In this document: positions 46,210-52,367 of the stretch, piece after piece
Layout of the letters: each line of letters starts with the position of its first letter
Position numbering within the stretch: position 1 is the first letter of the stretch
Source of the DNA: Leptogorgia sarmentosa
Taxonomy: Eukaryota
Assembly (NCBI GenBank): GCA_964658305.1
Contig: OZ210884.1
Location: 8,432,001 to 8,484,367 of the forward strand
DNA: 52,367 bases
Direction: 5' to 3'
The notes under the pieces: model-generated
Told to the model about the DNA's origin: nothing
Databases searched by the model: none
The model's input: only the letters and a program-made list of their open reading frames with translations
Position numbers and translations under genes: made by a program

Positions 46210-49200
46210 CAACCTTTTCCTGCCTAACCGCAACCTTTCCAGCCTAACCCCAGCCTTTTCCAGCCTAACCCCAGCCTTTTCCAGCCTAACCGCAACCTTT
46301 CCAGCCTAACCGCAACCTTTCCAGCCTAACCGCAACCTTTCCAGCCTAACCTAACCCCAGCCTAACCCCTGCCTTTTCCTGCCTAACCGCAACCTTTCCA
46401 GCCTAACCCCAGCCTTTTCCTGCCTAACCGCAACCTTTCCAGCCTAACCCCAGCCTTTTCCAGCCTAACCGCAACCTTTCCAGCCTAACCCCAGCCTTTT
46501 CCAGCCTAACCGCAACCTTTCCAGCCTAACCCCAGCCTTTTCCAGCATAACCGCAACTTTTCCAACATAACCCCAGCCTTTTCCAGCCTAACCGCAGCCT
46601 TTCCAGTCTAACCCCAGCCTTTTTCTTCCTAACCACAACCTTTCCAGGCTAACCCCAGCCTTTTCCTGCCTAACCGCAACCTTTTCAGCCTAACCGCAAC
46701 CTTTCCAGCTAAACCTCAACCTTTCCAGCCTAACCCCTGCCTTTTCCAGGCTAACCGCAACCTTTCCAGCCTAACCCCTATCTTTTCCAGCCTAACCGCA
46801 ACCTTTCCAGCCTAACCCCAGCCTTTTCCTGCCTAACCGCAACCTTTCCAGCCTAACCCCAGCCTTTTCCAGCCTAACCCCAGCCTTTTCCAGCCTAACC
46901 GCAACCTTTCCAGCCTAACCGCAACCTTTCCAGCCTAACCGCAACCTTTCCAGCCTAACCGCAACCTTTCCAGCCTAACCGCAACCTTTCCAGCCTAACC
47001 GCAACCTTTCCAGCGTAACCGCAACCTTACCAGCGTAACCGCAACCTTTCCAGCCTAACCTAACCCCAGCCTAACCCCAGCCTTTTCCTGCCTAACCCCA
47101 GCCTTTTCCAGCCTAACCCCAGCCTTTTCCAGCCTAACCGCAACCTTTCCAGCCTAACCCCAGCCTTTTCCTGCCTAACCGCAACCTTTCCAGTCTAACC
47201 CCAGCCTTTTACTGCCTAACCGCAACCTTTCCAGCCTAACCCCAGCCTTTTACTGCCTAACCACAACCTTTCCAGCCTAACCCCAGCCTTTTCCTGCCTA
47301 ACTGCAACCCTTCCAGCCTAACCCCAGAATTTTCCTGCCTAATCGCAACCTTTCCAGCCTAACCGCAACCTTTCCAGCCTAACCCCAGCCTTTTCCTGCC
47401 TAACCGCAACCTTTCCAGCCTAACCCCTGCCTTTTCCTGCCTAACCGCAACCTTTCCAGCCTAACCCCAGCCTTTTCCTGCCTAACCGCAACCTTTCCAG
47501 CCTAGCCCCAGCCTTTTCCAGCCTAACCGCAACCTTTCCAGCCTAAGCCCAGCCTTTTCCAGCCTAACCGCAACCTTTCCAGCCTAACCCCAGCCTTTTC
47601 CAGCCTAACCGAAACCTTTCCAGCCTAACCGCAACCTTTCCAGCCTAACCGCAACCTTTCCAGCCTAACCGCAACCTTTCCAGCCTAACCGCAACCTTTC
47701 CAGCCTAACCCCAGCCTTTCCAGCCTAACCCCAGCCTTTTCCTGCCTAACCACAACCTTTCCAGCCTAACCCCAGCATTTTCCAGCCTAACCGCAACCTT
47801 TCCAGCCTAACCGCAACCCTTCCAGCCTAACCCCAGCCTTTTCGTGCCTAAGCGCAACCTTTCCTGCCTAACCCCACCCTTTTCCTGCCTAACCGCAACC
47901 TTTCCAGCCTAACCCCAGCCTTTTCCAGCCTAACCGCAACCTTTCCAGCCTAACCCCACCCTTTTCCAGCCTAACCGCAACCTTTCCAGCCTAACCCCAG
48001 CCTTTTCCAGCCTAACCGCAGCCTTTTCCTGCCTAACCGCAACCTTTCCAGCCTAACCCCAGCCGTTTCCTGCCTAACCGCAACCTTTCCAGCCTAACCC
48101 CAGCCTTTTCGTGCCTAACCGCAACCTTTCCTGCCTAACCCCACCCTTTTCCTGACTAATCGCAACCTTTCCAGCTTAACCCCAGCCTTTTCCTGCCTAA
48201 CCGCAACCTTTCCAGCCTAACCCCACCCTTTTCCAGCCTAACCGCAACCTTTCCAGCCTAACCCCTGCCTTTTCCTGCCTAACCGCAAACTTTCCAGCCT
48301 AACCCCAGCCTTTTCCTGCCTAACCGCAACCTTTCCAGCCTATCCCCAGCCTTTTCCTGCCTAACCCCACCTTTTTCTTGCTTAACCGCAACCTTTCCAG
48401 CCTAACCCCAGCCTTTTCCTGCCTAACCGCAACCTTTCCAGCCTAACCCCAGCCTTTTCCTGCCTAACCGCAACCTTTCCAGCCTAACCCCACCCTTTTC
48501 CAGCCTAACCGCAACCTTTCCTGCCTAACCCCACCCTTTTCTTGCCTAACCGCAACCTTTCCAGCCTAACCCCAGCATTTTCCAGCCTAACCGCAACCTT
48601 TCCAGCCAAACCCCAGCGTTTTCCAGCCTAACCGCAACCTTTCCAGCCTCACCACAGCATTTTCCAGCCTAACCGCAACCTTTCCAGCCTAACCGCAACC
48701 TTTCCAGCCTAACCGCAACCTTTCCAGCCTAACCGCAACCTTTCCAGCCTAACCCCAGCCTTTTCCAGCCTAACCGCAACCTTTCCAGCCTAACCCCAGC
48801 CTTTTCGTGCCTAACCGCAACCTTTCCTGCCTAACCCCACCCTTTTCCTGCCTAACCGCAACCTTTCCAGCCTAACCCCACCCTTTTCCTGCCTAACCGC
48901 AACCTTTCCAGCCTAACCCCAGCCTTTTCCTGCCTAACCGCAACCTTTCCAGCCTAACCCCAGCCTTTTCCTGCCTAACCGCAACCTTTCCAGCCTAACC
49001 CCAGCATTTTCCAGCCTAACCGCAACCTTTCCAGCCTCACCACAGCATTTTCCAGCCTAACGGCAACCTTTCCAGCCTAACCGCAACCTGTCCAGCCTAA
49101 CCGCAACCTTTCCAGCCTAACCCCAGCCTTTTCCAGCCTAACCCCAGCCTTTTCCAGCCTAACCGCAACCTTTCCAGCCTAACCCCAGCCTTTTCGTGCC

Positions 49201-52200
49201 TAACCGCAACCTTTCCTGCCTAACCCCACCCTTTTCCTGCCTAACCGCAACCTTTCCAGCCTAACCCCAGCCTTTTCTTGCCTAACCGCAACCTTTCCAG
49301 CCTAACCCCAGCCTAACCGCAACCTTTCCAGCCTAACTCCAGCCTTTTCCTGCCTAACCGCAACCTTTCCAGCTTAACCCCAGCCTTTTCCGGCCTAACC
49401 GCAACCTTTCCAGCCTAACCCCACCCTTTTCCTGCCTAACCGCAACCTTTCCAGCCTAACCCCAGCCTTTTCCTGCCTAACCCCAGCCTTTTCCTGCCTA
49501 ACCCCACCTTTTTCTTGCCTAACCGCAACCTTTCCAGCCTCGCCACAGCATTTTCCAGCCTAACCGCAACCTTTCCAGCCTAACCGCAACCTTTCCAGCC
49601 TAACCGCAACCTTTCCAGCCTAACCGCAACCTTTCCAGCCTAACCGCAACCTTTCCAGCCTAACCGCAACCTTTCCAGCCTAACCGCAACCTTTCCAGCC
49701 TAACCGCAACCTTTCCAGCCTAACCCCAGCCTTTTCGTGCCTAACCGCAACCTTTCCTGCCTAACCCCAGCCTTTTCCAGCCTAACCGCAGCCTTTTCCA
49801 GCCTAACCGCAGCCTTTTCCTGCCTAACCGCAACCTTTCCAGCCTAACCCCAGCCGTTTCCTGCCTAACCGCAACCTTTCCAGCCTAACCCCAGCCTTTT
49901 CGTGCCTAACCGCAACCTTTCCTGCCTAACCCCACCCTTTTCCTGCCTAACCGCAACCTTTCCAGCCTAACCCCAGCCTTTTCCTGCCTAACCGCAACCT
50001 TTCCAGCCTAACCCCACCCTTTTCCAGCCTAACCGCAACCTTTCCTGCCTAACCCCACCCTTTTCTTGCCTAACCGCAACCTTTCCAGCCTAACCCCAGC
50101 ATTTTCAAGCCTAACCGCAACCTTTCCAGCCAAACCCCAGCGTTTTCCAGCCTAACCGCAACCTTTCCAGCCTCACCACAGCATTTTCCAGCCTAACCGC
50201 AACCTTTCCAGCCTAACCGCAACCTTTCCAGCCTAACCGCAACCTTTCCAGCCTAACCGCAACCTTTCCAGCCTAACCCCAGCCTTTTCCAGCCTAACCG
50301 CAACCTTTCCAGCCTAACCCCAGCCTTTTCGTGCCTAACCGCAACCTTTCCTGCCTAACCCCACCCTTTTCCTGCCTAACCGCAACCTTTCCAGCCTAAC
50401 CCCACCCTTTTCCTGCCTAACCGCAACCTTTCCAGCCTAACCCCAGCCTTTTCCTGCCTAACCGCAACCTTTCCAGCCTAACCCCAGCCTTTTCCTGCCT
50501 AACCGCAACCTTTCCAGCCTAACCCCAGCATTTTCCAGCCTAACCGCAACCTTTCCAGCCTCACCACAGCATTTTCCAGCCTAACGGCAACCTTTCCAGC
50601 CTAACCGCAACCTGTCCAGCCTAACCGCAACCTTTCCAGCCTAACCCCAGCCTTTTCCAGCCTAACCCCAGCCTTTTCCAGCCTAACCGCAACCTTTCCA
50701 GCCTAACCCCAGCCTTTTCGTGCCTAACCGCAACCTTTCCTGCCTAACCCCACCCTTTTCCTGCCTAACCGCAACCTTTCCAGCCTAACCCCAGCCTTTT
50801 CTTGCCTAACCGCAACCTTTCCAGCCTAACCCCAGCCTAACCGCAACCTTTCCAGCCTAACTCCAGCCTTTTCCTGCCTAACCGCAACCTTTCCAGCTTA
50901 ACCCCAGCCTTTTCCGGCCTAACCGCAACCTTTCCAGCCTAACCCCACCCTTTTCCTGCCTAACCGCAACCTTTCCAGCCTAACCCCAGCCTTTTCCTGC
51001 CTAACCCCAGCCTTTTCCTGCCTAACCCCACCTTTTTCTTGCCTAACCGCAACCTTTCCAGCCTCGCCACAGCATTTTCCAGCCTAACCGCAACCTTTCC
51101 AGCCTAACCGCAACCTTTCCAGCCTAACCGCAACCTTTCCAGCCTAACCGCAACCTTTCCAGCCTAACCGCAACCTTTCCAGCCTAACCGCAACCTTTCC
51201 AGCCTAACCGCAACCTTTCCAGCCTAACCGCAACCTTTCCAGCCAAACCCCAGCCTTTTCGTGCCTAACCGCAACCTTTCCTGCCTAACCCCACCCTTTT
51301 CCTGCCTAACCGCAACCTTTCCAGCCCAGCCCCAGCCTTTTCCTGCCTAACCGCAACCTTTCCAGCCTAAGCCCAGCCTTTTCCTGCCTAACCGCAACCT
51401 TTCCAGCCTAACCCCAGCCTTTTCCAGCCTAACCCCACCCTTTTCTTGCCTAACCGCAACCTTTCCAGCCTAACCCCAGCCTAACCGCAACCTTTCCAGC
51501 CTAACTCCAGCCTTTTCCTGCCTAACCGCAACCTTTCCAGCTTAACCCCAGCCTTTTCCGGCCTAACCGCAACCTTTCCAGCCTAACCCCACCCTTTTCC
51601 TGCCTAACCGCAACCTTTCCAGCCTAACCCCAGCCTTTTGCTGCCTAACCCCAGCCTTTTCCTGCCTAACCCCACCTTTTTCTTGCCTAACCGCAACCTT
51701 TCCAGCCTAACCACAGCCTTTTCCTGCCTAACCGCAACCTTTCAACCTAACCCCAGCGTTTTCAAGCCTAACCGCAACCTTTCCAGCCTCACCACAGCGT
51801 TTTCAAGCCTAACCGCAACCTTTCCAGCCTCACCACAGCATTTTCCAGCCTAACCGCAACCTTTCCAGCCTAACCGCAACATTTCCAGCCTAACCGCAAC
51901 CTTTCCAGCCTAACCCCAGCCTTTTCCTGCCTAACCGCAACCTTTCGAGCCTAACCGCAACCTTTTCCAGCCTAACCGCAACCTTTCCAGCCTAACCCCA
52001 ACCTTTTCCTGCCTAACCGCAACCTTTCCAGCCTAACCCCAGCCTTTTCCTGCCTAACCGCAACCTTTCCAGCCTAACCCCACCCTTTTCCAGCCTAACC
52101 GCAACCTTTCCTGCCTAACCCCACCCTTTTCTTGCCTAACCGCAACCTTTCCAGCCTAACCCCAGCATTTTCAAGCCTAACCGCAACCTTTCCAGCCAAA

Positions 52201-52367
52201 CCCCAGCGTTTTCCAGCCTAACCGCAACCTTTCCAGCCTCACCACAGCATTTTCCAGCCTAACCGCAACCTTTCCAGCCTAACCGCAACCTTTCCAGCCT
52301 AACCGCAACCTTTCCAGCCTAACCGCAACCTTTCCAGCCTAACCCCAGCCTTTTCCAGCCTAACCGC
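46210..52367 (+). repeat. Satellite array
   Basis: Direct inspection. Confidence 0.97.

Noticed and set aside
1..52367. CRISPR array interpretation of the short repeats
   Set aside because: No unique spacers, no cas genes, and the DNA has spliceosomal introns.

Overview
This is eukaryotic DNA from an invertebrate animal, probably a cnidarian (inference). About 70% is a telomere-like satellite (CCTAACCGCAACCTTTCCAG / CCTAACCCCAGCCTTTTCCWG, 20/21-bp monomers, 41-bp dimer), all in one orientation. Three kinds of non-satellite DNA are embedded in it. (1) A complete ~7.9-kb Mutator/MULE transposon (3902-11846) has ~230-240-bp TIRs, an 8-10-bp TSD and matching empty sites in paralogous satellite blocks. 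Its minus-strand gene has about 9 exons and encodes a CaRF/ALS2CR8-like zinc-finger DNA-binding domain, a DDE transposase, a SWIM finger and a C-terminal Ulp1/C48 protease behind one in-frame TGA. (2) Three copies of a ~0.9-kb captured host fragment carry a bidirectional promoter, MFAP1 exons 1-3 and a divergent MAAR-starting ORF. (3) Five copies of a ~0.86-kb island hold three GCGCATGCGCA subrepeats and an unidentified, strongly base-paired ~250-nt candidate Pol III RNA gene. Kilobase-scale duplications have spread these islands through the array.
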